From positions 96,001-160,000 of IMG/VR virus record IMGVR_UViG_3300037067_015211: a stretch of 64,000 nt of DNA; one strand, 5' to 3'. The position numbers were made by a program, and so were the translations under genes. Shown one piece after another: positions 28,671-37,853 of the stretch. The notes under the pieces are model-generated. The model worked only from the letters and a program-made list of their open reading frames with translations. It was not told the DNA's origin and searched no databases. The DNA is from a virus (lineage: Duplodnaviria > Caudoviricetes). Every line of letters begins with the position of its first letter. Within the stretch, counting starts at the first letter, position 1.

Positions 28671-29067
28671 AGAAGAAATTATTGACAATCTTTTTGTTCT
28701 GTATGGCAAGGCCATCATAGATGCATTTAATTTGCCGGAAGACCAAATTTTTGTTGCCGCAGATGCAATTGAAATCGTTGGGGTAGAACCAATTTTCCAA
28801 TTTATTTTTGACAGAACAAAAAAAGAATATGAAGAAGCACAAAATTATATTTACAAGGCAAATAAAATAGAAGGTCTTGACAGGCTTTCTGTGGCTAAAA
28901 AGAAGTTGCAATTACGCCAAGGGCAATTACTTACTGAACTATATTGGCCGCGCCTTATGGCCTGTTATCGTATAATGCATAATGACAATGGCATAAATTA
29001 CAATCTTGTTGAAGAGGCAAATAAAGACATTAGACTTTCGGGCGCAAAACTTGGCAATATTGAATAG
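28654..29067 (+). CDS. hypothetical protein
   Basis: GGGGGA RBS, 137 aa. Confidence 0.7.
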   Translation: MFVTSKEEIIDNLFVLYGKAIIDAFNLPEDQIFVAADAIEIVGVEPIFQFIFDRTKKEYEEAQNYIYKANKIEGLDRLSVAKKKLQLRQGQLLTELYWPRLMACYRIMHNDNGINYNLVEEANKDIRLSGAKLGNIE

Positions 29068-29119
29068 ATAATATAAAGGTCAAACCCTATTATTATTAAA
29101 AGATTTTAAAGGGTTTGCC

Positions 29120-30061
29120 ATGCTTTCTACGCTGAAAAAAAGAAAAATTGATGCCGCTTATCTAAAAATTATAACCGCAACAAAAAAAATCCTTTCGGTT
29201 AAAAGAATTATCCTAGCATGGCATACGGGCACTGGTGAAAAAACCAGAGCAGAACTAGAACAGGTTGCAAAACTCATCGAGAGTCTGTATGATGAGGAAG
29301 TGCAGAAGGTTTTATTTGACCGTGACAAAGTGACAGATCCCGAAGAAAAAGAATATCTCCAAATGAGATACAATGATTTGATTAGTCAATATGGCGTTTG
29401 GGGCGAGATGTACAAAATTGTTTCTGCTCTAGGCTCAAAAGGAATGACACTCCCGCAGATTAAAGACAACATTGATGCATGGCTGACCATTGGCCTTACA
29501 CACGACTACGGCAATACGCCTTTAGCTACAATGCTAGGCACAAAACCCCCGCAAGATTTACCCTTACAACAAAAGGGGACGGGCGGGAAAACAAAGGACG
29601 AACGAGATGTGGCCTTTAGAAAACATCAAAAAGAACTGGAAAACATACAAAGAATCAAACGAGAAAAAGGCGTTACTGGTATTCTCCTGTCCATAAACCC
29701 CAAAACCCCAAGAAGAAAAGCAGTTGACCTGAATACCATAGATAGTCAATTACAAGCTTATACTGAAGGGGTAAACGATATCGTTAGATTTTATACCGAT
29801 ATATTCAAACAATTTGAAGACAAACGCGCCGCCGCACTAGCTACGCCCGACACAGCCGAAGTGTTTAAACCTAAATATATCAAAACATTTAGGGGAGATG
29901 TAGTGCCTGAAATGAACTGGGACGCCATGAGCAATGAGCAAAAACAGTTTGAAATCAACCAAAAATACAACAATGATTATGAAAATCTCGTGGAGCACAT
30001 GCAACAAGAATTAACCAATGAAGTTGAAACATTGGGCAATTTAATATCTCGGACGAAGTAG
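29120..30061 (+). CDS. hypothetical protein
   Basis: 313-aa ORF; QYG..W..ID..H..G spacing weakly like the 3799/15750 domain. Confidence 0.75.
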   Translation: MLSTLKKRKIDAAYLKIITATKKILSVKRIILAWHTGTGEKTRAELEQVAKLIESLYDEEVQKVLFDRDKVTDPEEKEYLQMRYNDLISQYGVWGEMYKIVSALGSKGMTLPQIKDNIDAWLTIGLTHDYGNTPLATMLGTKPPQDLPLQQKGTGGKTKDERDVAFRKHQKELENIQRIKREKGVTGILLSINPKTPRRKAVDLNTIDSQLQAYTEGVNDIVRFYTDIFKQFEDKRAAALATPDTAEVFKPKYIKTFRGDVVPEMNWDAMSNEQKQFEINQKYNNDYENLVEHMQQELTNEVETLGNLISRTK

Positions 30062-30206
30062 AGAAACAATAAACTTAACAAACATCATTGCACCTATAAG
30101 CACAATGGCATAACATCCCCATATTGTGAGCATGGTATACCCGTACAACTTTTCCAATATCCGCAATGCATTTTCTCCCGCTTCTCCACAATAATAGCAA
30201 TTTTAT

Positions 30207-32354
30207 TTATAATTCTCTAATAACAGAATAATCTTCATGCCGCACAATCTTGATTTCGTTAGAGCCAATGTTCTTCAAATCATCTGTATGCGATATCATA
30301 AATATCTGACTAAAGCCCATTTCCTTCTGCAAAAAATTCATGATGAGCGATATAACAAGATTTCTGTTCACACTATCTAGTTGGCCAAATATCTCATCGA
30401 GTATCAAAAATTCACATCCACTTCCCAAATTTCTTCTCAACATTCTGGCTATGGCGATACGGAAACAAATCGCTATCAATGCCTTTCCACCGCCACTATC
30501 GGCATCAAAATCCTCTACGATACCAGCGGTATGTATTTTAATCGCCAGTTCATCCTTAGTGGCCCTCTGCCTCTTCTCCCCGCACACCTTACATACATGT
30601 GTTTTGGTACCCTTGTCAAATGGAGTATCACACACCAAGCACTTGTCTTCCCACTTTTGCAATTCTTTAAGGCACGAAAACTCGATATAACTGTTTAGAT
30701 TCAGCTTATCCGCCAAATAATTGATCTCGTTTTCAATATCCTTGAATGAATTTTCCATCTGATACGATACAATTCCGTTAGGGGAAAACATGTATCGTAA
30801 ATATCTCCATCTATCCAGCGATAACGTACATTCCGATTCCTGCTTTTCCAATACCATCAACAAACTTAATGTCTCTTCGTTTTTCTTCAAATTGTTTGCA
30901 ATTACCGCCAGTTCTCCGCCTACCCTTCGAAGTTCCGAGTTAGCATCCTCTATTGACCGCTCGTCTTCGGCAATCAATTTCATATATTTCTGGTGTTCAC
31001 TATCGTCAAATTCAGCTATTTTCTGACTAAATTCCTTTATTTTGCCCTCTGTTTCTTCCCTTTCTTCCACTATCTCTCTGACTTCAGCATTAACTGCCTC
31101 CAATTGGCCCAGAGAAGCCTCTGCTGACGCGATTTCCCGCTCATCCCCATTTATACTGGTAACCAATTCATCTCTCGCCTTACAGCCCCTCTTCAAGTCC
31201 TGTAGGTTTATAGATTCCTTATCAAATTCTTGCTTTAATTTATCAAGTTCTTCCTTCTTTTTCTTGCCAGATGCAATAATTTCCTGTGATTTCTTCTCTT
31301 TGTCTACCTTATCGCACTGTTCATTGGTGAATGGACATGTCCCGCCAAACTTTTTGACATTATTAAGGTCTTCTCTAAGCCTAGCAATCTCATTATCAAG
31401 CACAGCAATTTGTTTATTTAGCTCTTCCCTCTTAACTTCTACCTTTTCCACCAAATCAGATACATCTGGCATACCATTTAGGGTTTTTTTCTTCTGCTCG
31501 ATAGTCTTAACCATAGCATCGTATCGTTCTTTTAGCTTCCAGAGATGCTCTTGTTTAGTGGTAGCCGTCCGCCTACGTGTATCCAACTTAATGGAAGAAG
31601 TTTTTGCCTCATCTAATTTTTCTTTTAGTGTATCCACTTTAGGCAAATTATTGTAAGCGGTTTCATTTCTCTTTTTTCTCTCCGTACAATTAGCCAATGC
31701 ACCATTTATGTTTTTAATGGCCATTTTGCATTGTTTTTCTTTTTCCTTCAGTTCTTCCACATCATACAAATTATTGTTGTTGCTCTCTATTTTTGTAGCA
31801 AGAGAAGCCGCTTGTATTTCCAATGCCTTTACTTTTTCCTTGCAAATAGCTTCATATTGTTTGTACTGGGCTTTCTCTATCCAACGAGCGATATATTCTT
31901 TCTTTTTGGATTGTGTGGCGTCAAGGAAACCAAAAATATCACCCTGCTGGAAATGGCAAGTGTTTAGATAATCATCTGAGCAAAGGCCCAGTTGTTCATT
32001 AATGATTTCCTGTGAGCCAACTTTGCTCTCACCACCCGCATTTGATACTAAAAGGATACCATTATTTTTAATATCCCTGCCTCGTTTAATGGTAAATCCG
32101 TTATCAAATTTTGTTTGCACAAACATTTCTTTTTCTTGGCCGTGAATCAAATCTTTTTCTTTGAGCATGCCGCGACAAATTCCGTGTATACAATATAGAA
32201 TGGCGTCCACAAACGATGATTTACCACCCCTGTTGCTTCTCTCCTTATCGGATGCATATTCGCACACAACAGAATACACGGTAGGCTCTAGCTTGATTGT
32301 AACTTCACCCTTAAAGGGCATGAAATTGCAGATTGTTATTTCACTTATAAACAT
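30207..32354 (-). CDS. sbcC: SbcC/Rad50-like SMC ATPase
   Basis: ITICNFMPF, SNRGGKSS (Walker A), FQQG, long coiled coil, SGGG, LILDEIFGQLD, ISH. Confidence 0.9.
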   Translation of the reverse strand: MFISEITICNFMPFKGEVTIKLEPTVYSVVCEYASDKERSNRGGKSSFVDAILYCIHGICRGMLKEKDLIHGQEKEMFVQTKFDNGFTIKRGRDIKNNGILLVSNAGGESKVGSQEIINEQLGLCSDDYLNTCHFQQGDIFGFLDATQSKKKEYIARWIEKAQYKQYEAICKEKVKALEIQAASLATKIESNNNNLYDVEELKEKEKQCKMAIKNINGALANCTERKKRNETAYNNLPKVDTLKEKLDEAKTSSIKLDTRRRTATTKQEHLWKLKERYDAMVKTIEQKKKTLNGMPDVSDLVEKVEVKREELNKQIAVLDNEIARLREDLNNVKKFGGTCPFTNEQCDKVDKEKKSQEIIASGKKKKEELDKLKQEFDKESINLQDLKRGCKARDELVTSINGDEREIASAEASLGQLEAVNAEVREIVEEREETEGKIKEFSQKIAEFDDSEHQKYMKLIAEDERSIEDANSELRRVGGELAVIANNLKKNEETLSLLMVLEKQESECTLSLDRWRYLRYMFSPNGIVSYQMENSFKDIENEINYLADKLNLNSYIEFSCLKELQKWEDKCLVCDTPFDKGTKTHVCKVCGEKRQRATKDELAIKIHTAGIVEDFDADSGGGKALIAICFRIAIARMLRRNLGSGCEFLILDEIFGQLDSVNRNLVISLIMNFLQKEMGFSQIFMISHTDDLKNIGSNEIKIVRHEDYSVIREL

Positions 32355-32400
32355 TTATGCGCCTTTATTCAGTAGTATACGGTCATAACCGTATAAATGA

Positions 32401-33291
32401 CTATTTTACTCTATAAGTGGCATCAACAGTATTGCCGTCATCAAAATACTCTGAACTCTTTCTAAGGGCCACATTAATATCGTCCATCAAATCCTGCTTC
32501 TGCTGGCCCGACAAATACCCGCAATCCCGTATGACCTCAAGGATTATTATAAGGTGGGATTCAAGGGTTTGTACAGTAATAACCTGTTTTATTTCCTTGG
32601 TATATTTATGGTAAAGGTCTTCTGTTTTATTTAAAGTATCTACAGCCTTCATATATTGCGCAATTTTTCCCTCTGATTTTAACTTCTCGGCTAACCCATG
32701 TAGCTGGCCGATACGATGAATTACAAAAGAATATTTGTCCACCAACTCCTTTACCGCATCGACAACCTGATGTTTACTGGTAAACAATCTTTGTAGAGTT
32801 AAAGATGGTTGACGATATATGACAGTAAAAAAACTCTTGATATCCTCTTCTGTGATATATTCCGGATCCTCTTCGGACCACATTTTGTTTGGATCCATTT
32901 GCTTCTGGCGTTTTACCATTAGCTTTCGATATTCGGATACAGGAATGGACTCCCCGTACATCATCCAAGCATGCACCAAATATCTGCTTAGACCTTTCTT
33001 TTCCACATTTGTTACGCTACCCCTGCCATCCTTGTTGGCGAGTACGACTTCAGAAATGCCCTCCAATTCTTCTCCAGTCAAATCGCCTAGATTATTTTCT
33101 CGGATATATTGGAGGGCGATTTCCATCCTCTCCGTATCTTTTTCCTGTACCTTCTGTTCGTACTGTTCCTTCTTCTCCGGCTCTATCAAATCATATTTGC
33201 CGTCAGATTTTGGGGTGATGCCAAAATTGACTTTCTTTTTTTTGGCATTATCTATCTTGTCTAGCGCAGAAGGTTTTTTCTTTCCCATCAC
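32401..33291 (-). CDS. hypothetical protein
   Basis: 296-aa ORF, no motif recognised. Confidence 0.75.
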   Translation of the reverse strand: MMGKKKPSALDKIDNAKKKKVNFGITPKSDGKYDLIEPEKKEQYEQKVQEKDTERMEIALQYIRENNLGDLTGEELEGISEVVLANKDGRGSVTNVEKKGLSRYLVHAWMMYGESIPVSEYRKLMVKRQKQMDPNKMWSEEDPEYITEEDIKSFFTVIYRQPSLTLQRLFTSKHQVVDAVKELVDKYSFVIHRIGQLHGLAEKLKSEGKIAQYMKAVDTLNKTEDLYHKYTKEIKQVITVQTLESHLIIILEVIRDCGYLSGQQKQDLMDDINVALRKSSEYFDDGNTVDATYRVK

Positions 33292-33737
33292 TCTACCACT
33301 TGTTCCTTACTCTCTTCAAGTAACGGTGCGCAATCTGCTTCCACAAAAATTGCTCTAATTGCTTTTTCTATCGCATCATCCAGCGGAAAATGAGAAACAC
33401 AACTTTGAGCAACAACCAAAATATCTGTCCCCACTAAACTACCATCTTCAATTGCCTTACGAGCCTTTTGAACATCATTACCATAAATTACCGCCAATGA
33501 TGTTTCTCGGGCCGACCTTACTTTTGACATTTTTTCAAATTGTACATCAGTATCTTCTCTATCATATGGAGCATTTTCCGACTCGCCAGTTTCAAATCTT
33601 CCAACCTTCTTCGCCTTGACGCCATATGTTTTTACATATTCTTGATGCTTAAACTTTTTGCTTAGACTATTGAAAATGCCTTTCAAAAACGATTTGTTTT
33701 CTTTTTGAAATTTTTGAATTCTCTCAATGTTGTCCAT
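33288..33737 (-). CDS. hypothetical protein
   Basis: 149-aa ORF with AAGGA RBS. Confidence 0.7.
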   Translation of the reverse strand: MDNIERIQKFQKENKSFLKGIFNSLSKKFKHQEYVKTYGVKAKKVGRFETGESENAPYDREDTDVQFEKMSKVRSARETSLAVIYGNDVQKARKAIEDGSLVGTDILVVAQSCVSHFPLDDAIEKAIRAIFVEADCAPLLEESKEQVVE

Positions 33738-33763
33738 GACTTTTTCCTTATTCTACTACCTGT

Positions 33764-34111
33764 CTAGTCATTTAAAAATTCTTTTGTACGACCAGTCGCC
33801 ACCCCTTCCAATAATTCCACTACAGTAGAATCTACTTGGGCAACACAATGGGGGTGACAATTCTGATTAATCCACTGAATTAGTGGCTTGGCCGCCAAGA
33901 GCATAGAATCATGTTGTTTTTTTGTTAAACGTGTATCTTCTTGTTTTCCTTTTGTTTGACTCTCTAAATCCGCACAATGAAAACAAATAACGCCCTCTAA
34001 AATATCAATTGAAATAACTTCATGCATTTCCCCAGAATTATCTGGAAGCTGAAACCAAACTTCTTTGTTTGGTAATTTTTGTAAAATTGCTATTACATCT
34101 TCTTTGTCCAT
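33764..34111 (-). CDS. hypothetical protein flanked by a duplicated junction
   Basis: Start moved to ATG 34111 (AAGGAG RBS). Confidence 0.65.
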   Translation of the reverse strand: MDKEDVIAILQKLPNKEVWFQLPDNSGEMHEVISIDILEGVICFHCADLESQTKGKQEDTRLTKKQHDSMLLAAKPLIQWINQNCHPHCVAQVDSTVVELLEGVATGRTKEFLND

Positions 34112-34127
34112 GACTTTTCTCCTTATT

Positions 34128-34499
34128 CTACAATCCAAACCCTTGCAATACATCAATAAAACCCAACTCTTTTAATCTATCCTTAGATGCATTAATTTCT
34201 GGCTCAATAAGAGGAAAATGATTGTTTGTGGCAAGAATTCTCATTCCCCACAAATCACCCAAATAACCTTGTTCAAATGTTAAAACATCATTATTTTTTG
34301 CAAAATCATTTTCACCCCAATTGCTAAAAACAGCCTGATCTTCATCGCTTACAATAAAATTAATTGGTTTAATGTTTTTGTTCAATAGACAAACATACTT
34401 TTCTGCGATAAAATCTCTAATGCGCTTATTTCTCGTTTCGCCTTTTTCTAGTTCATTTTTTGTTTCTTCTTTTTGAAAAATTTCTTTTAACGTTGTCAT
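34128..34499 (-). CDS. small protein resembling a major-capsid fragment
   Basis: PINFIV..D..F.NWG.NDF..QGYLGDLWGMRI; paralogous to both halves of 46644..47513. Confidence 0.6.
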   Translation of the reverse strand: MTTLKEIFQKEETKNELEKGETRNKRIRDFIAEKYVCLLNKNIKPINFIVSDEDQAVFSNWGENDFAKNNDVLTFEQGYLGDLWGMRILATNNHFPLIEPEINASKDRLKELGFIDVLQGFGL

Positions 34500-34518
34500 T
34501 TTTTTCTCCTTTTTTATT

Positions 34519-34965
34519 TTATTCTACAATCCAAATACCTTCGGACTTGCAATTTTGTTTGAACGTTTCCTCAAAATGATCCGCAACAGAAAAGAAATCG
34601 CAACTCGTAATCGGCACATAAATAGTCCGAACATCCTCTCCCAATTCAGCGGTCGAATTATGTTTGATGTTTTCACATGTTTCAACAACAAACATTTTGC
34701 CCATAGCAGTAGGCTGGACAATAATAAGCGGGGGTGCCATGCGGATACATCGTACAGAGTCATTGTCCAGCGCGTTACGAACAGACGGAGATGTGGACCA
34801 TCCATAATACTGGAAGCTACGATTACGGATCATAACCACAAAAGCATTCTTGGGCTTTTTAACTATAATCCCGCCCATCTCCTTAAACTGTTCCATGTCA
34901 TTAATCGCAGAAAAGTCAATCTTCTCGTCCTGCTGGTCTTCCACGGCTTTCTTAAACTTAGGCAT
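34519..34965 (-). CDS. hypothetical protein
   Basis: AAGGAGG RBS, 148 aa. Confidence 0.7.
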   Translation of the reverse strand: MPKFKKAVEDQQDEKIDFSAINDMEQFKEMGGIIVKKPKNAFVVMIRNRSFQYYGWSTSPSVRNALDNDSVRCIRMAPPLIIVQPTAMGKMFVVETCENIKHNSTAELGEDVRTIYVPITSCDFFSVADHFEETFKQNCKSEGIWIVE

Positions 34966-35398
34966 TTAATACCTCCTTTAAAATAATTTCCATCAATTGT
35001 TGTTTGTCTTGTCTACCCGAAGATTCCAAAAACTTCTCTATCGCCTCTTTGTCCGATAGTTCAGCTTTTATTTCCTCATTTCTCTTCGGTCTCTCCTGTA
35101 CAACGATAGGCGTTATTTCATTGCAATGATATGACTCCTTAAAACAACTTTTCAAATAATCGAAATCAATTCCATGTAACTGTTCTCCACTTACCTTAAT
35201 GTTGCATTTTACTATTTTATCCTTAAAATTACCGGCTTTCAAGCTTTTATAGGTTTCTTTTGCTTTCTCGGGATCAATAATAAAATTCAAGTCTACAACT
35301 ACAAATTGTTTGTTCTGCACCGACAAATAAGAATAATCTTTAACTTCTTCAGGTGTTGCATTTCGTAGATTAATGTGTGTCGCCGCTTTTTTAAACAT
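34958..35398 (-). CDS. SbcD/Mre11 C-terminal part encoded separately
   Basis: FVVVDL..KDKIVK.NI..LSDKEAIEKFL directly after the nuclease domain; own GAGG RBS. Confidence 0.6.
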   Translation of the reverse strand: MFKKAATHINLRNATPEEVKDYSYLSVQNKQFVVVDLNFIIDPEKAKETYKSLKAGNFKDKIVKCNIKVSGEQLHGIDFDYLKSCFKESYHCNEITPIVVQERPKRNEEIKAELSDKEAIEKFLESSGRQDKQQLMEIILKEVLNA

Positions 35399-36128
35399 TT
35401 AAGACCTCTGCATATTCATACAATATTACACCCTTCTTATCATTCACTTCAGAGGCATCCACGTATACAGGAGCACCTACAATCGTCACCTTGCCAATGT
35501 CCTGATGCTTGTGAATATGGCCGCAAAATACTTTGACCACATTTTTATCGTTAATGATCGCCCTTGGCAATGTAAATCCATGATTTGCCAACATGGTATC
35601 TTCCGTACCGGCTACTGCGCCTTCTATTTCAGTGTGGGCAAATACAATGATTTGCTTGTTTTTATCTCGCTCTTGCCATTTTGCCAACGTTACGTCCGCT
35701 GGTTTTTGCCCATCATATTTGGCTTCGCTAATGTGTGGGACAAAAAAGAAATCACATGTTCTTGTGGGTAAAATCCCCGGTTCATCTACTATACAAACAT
35801 ACTCATACAAAATTTCTTGCACCACCGATAAAGTATGATTATGTTCTTCTTCTTCATCTTTTCTGGAAATCTCGTCATGATTCCCAACCAAGAAGAAAGA
35901 CTGTATTTTAGCATCATCTAATGTATTGCAAAGCGTAATAAACTCCTTCACTCTTTTCTGGTGTGTAATCACATTTCTATGATACACGTCTCCGCAATGA
36001 ATGAAGTAGTCCACTTTATTCTGAATGGCAATGTCTACGATATTATTGCATGTGTCAATAATATCGTTACGCTTCAAATTACCGCTAGTTAAATACCAAT
36101 GCCAGTCAGATGTTATTAGAAGTTTCAT
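35391..36128 (-). CDS. sbcD: SbcD/Mre11 metallophosphoesterase nuclease domain
   Basis: TSDWH, CGDVYH, VGNHD, FAH, CGHIH. Confidence 0.9.
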   Translation of the reverse strand: MKLLITSDWHWYLTSGNLKRNDIIDTCNNIVDIAIQNKVDYFIHCGDVYHRNVITHQKRVKEFITLCNTLDDAKIQSFFLVGNHDEISRKDEEEEHNHTLSVVQEILYEYVCIVDEPGILPTRTCDFFFVPHISEAKYDGQKPADVTLAKWQERDKNKQIIVFAHTEIEGAVAGTEDTMLANHGFTLPRAIINDKNVVKVFCGHIHKHQDIGKVTIVGAPVYVDASEVNDKKGVILYEYAEVLNV

Positions 36129-36143
36129 TTACTCTTTCTAATA

Positions 36144-36356
36144 TTATTTTTCAGAAAGCGACTCTTCTTTGAATCTACATTCTTCAAGTCTTAAAAAACA
36201 CATATGCCCATTTTTATTGGCATGCCTTTTCAAGTCTCGCCTAAACAATAAACACATATTATGTTGTCCAAGATTAAATTCACTGGGATAAAAAGTACAC
36301 TTTTTATCACACACAAAAAATTCTTCATTTCGATAATTTACCTTTGCCTCATACAT
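36144..36356 (-). CDS. hypothetical Cys-containing protein
   Basis: 70-aa ORF, overlapping start. Confidence 0.55.
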   Translation of the reverse strand: MYEAKVNYRNEEFFVCDKKCTFYPSEFNLGQHNMCLLFRRDLKRHANKNGHMCFLRLEECRFKEESLSEK

Positions 36357-36621
36357 CTTTTTTCCTTTCCCGATAATTCTTTTCCAAATTCATCCACATT
36401 TTAGCGGAAACATTTGTCAATTGTTCCAATCGTTCCGCAAATTCTTGCGTAATCAATAACTCGCCACTGACAAACTCGTTTAATTGTTTGCCAGATAAAC
36501 CCAAATATTTGCAAATATATTCTTTTAACCAACCGTATTCTTCCCATATTTCATAGAATGTTTCTCCCGGGGCAACTGCATAATCGGGTTTATATTCAAA
36601 CCTCTTTTTCTTCTTCGGCAT
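36349..36621 (-). CDS. HigA/VapI-like HTH antitoxin-type protein
   Basis: PDYAVAPGE..LGLS..LNEFVSG..IT.E.A.RLE..SAKMWMNLEKNY. Confidence 0.75.
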   Translation of the reverse strand: MPKKKKRFEYKPDYAVAPGETFYEIWEEYGWLKEYICKYLGLSGKQLNEFVSGELLITQEFAERLEQLTNVSAKMWMNLEKNYRERKKDV

Positions 36622-37840
36622 CCTTAGTCACTTTCGGCATTCTCTTCTTTTCCTTCAGCGTACCACTCTCGTCTTCTACCAAATCAGGAGGCAATTCATC
36701 GGGGCCAATATCCTTGCCATCGTCCTCTTGAGTATAGCAACTATTTGCGGTCGATTTTTCCCAATACTTTTCGATCTCTTCCGCTATCTTCTGCATAGCC
36801 TCTGGATTTTCGTTCAGCCATTTCCTAAGCCGCTTCTCGCCATCCCACTTTTGATCTTCCCCCAACAGCTTACAAAAATGAGCAGAACCAGAATTGGTAA
36901 TGATACCCTGAATCTTTGCCTCTCTTACAATCGTCCTAGCCGCATCGTAACCAGCTTTAGGCTCATCCTCACCACGACCAGTACAAGTATAGAAGTAGGC
37001 AACCTCATTGTCAACACCAATCTTGCTCTTCATCACAATCATTTGGTGCTCTTTGCCTAGCCGCACTTTATTATCATCACCCTGTTTAATATTGCCACTC
37101 CACGTTACTCGAATTCGCAAAGAATTATCAAACTGCAAAGAATTTCCACCAGCCAGTTTCCATTTAGGCTCGTATAGGCTGGCCCCAATATTTACCACTT
37201 CTTGTTGAAGAACAATAAAAGCAACATTATGTTTGCCAATAAATGGTGTTAGCTTGTCCAGCCATTGAGAAATGAGTCTGGCCTGATTGGCCATTCTCTC
37301 TTCTTTAATCTTCATGTCCCTATCAATACCCTTTTCACACTTTTTGCCAATCACAGACTCTTCTGGAATCAGCTTTTTTAGAGTATCGACAATAACACAA
37401 AGCCAATTGTTCTCCTGCCAATCCGCTGGCATTGCCGCATACTTATTAAATACCTTATCGACCTTTATTGCACAATCTTCTAGCGTATCTGGCCGAATTA
37501 CAAACAACTTCTCAATATCTACGCCAAGAGCAACAGGCCAATCCTGCTCCAAAGTGTGCTCGGCATCCACATAGGCAACCATATGGCCTTGTTGCTGAAA
37601 ATCCTTGGCCAGTATAAGGGCCAATGCAGACTTTCCAGCCGCATTAGGCCCATGAATACATGCCATACGACTAAGGGGAAATCCACACAACGGCCCCAAA
37701 GCCCTATTTAGAGAAGGAACAGAAGTTTTAAGCACCTTGAATTTTGGAATATCGTGCAAAAAGTTTGTGCCCTTAATCTCTTTTACACAATTTGCCAAAA
37801 AATCTACCGTACCAGCAATATCGCGCTTTCGCTTGCCCAT
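36596..37840 (-). CDS. recA: RecA/UvsX recombinase
   Basis: GPNAAGKS, YVDAEH, LGVDIEKL, VIVDT, QARLISQ, GGNSLQFDNSLRI, KSK. Confidence 0.9.
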   Translation of the reverse strand: MGKRKRDIAGTVDFLANCVKEIKGTNFLHDIPKFKVLKTSVPSLNRALGPLCGFPLSRMACIHGPNAAGKSALALILAKDFQQQGHMVAYVDAEHTLEQDWPVALGVDIEKLFVIRPDTLEDCAIKVDKVFNKYAAMPADWQENNWLCVIVDTLKKLIPEESVIGKKCEKGIDRDMKIKEERMANQARLISQWLDKLTPFIGKHNVAFIVLQQEVVNIGASLYEPKWKLAGGNSLQFDNSLRIRVTWSGNIKQGDDNKVRLGKEHQMIVMKSKIGVDNEVAYFYTCTGRGEDEPKAGYDAARTIVREAKIQGIITNSGSAHFCKLLGEDQKWDGEKRLRKWLNENPEAMQKIAEEIEKYWEKSTANSCYTQEDDGKDIGPDELPPDLVEDESGTLKEKKRMPKVTKDAEEEKEV

Positions 37841-37853
37841 TTATTTGCATCCT

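Noticed and set aside
30040-30200. Tiny minus-strand ORFs (25-aa Cys-rich or 30-aa hydrophobic)
   Set aside because: Two competing frames and no way to choose between them from sequence alone
32401-33291. Terminase small subunit
   Set aside because: Only a vague C-terminal resemblance and no large terminase nearby
35385-35400. Programmed frameshift joining the two SbcD parts (TTTAAAAAAG)
   Set aside because: Joining needs +1, the A-run extends beyond the stop, and the downstream ORF has its own RBS and ATG
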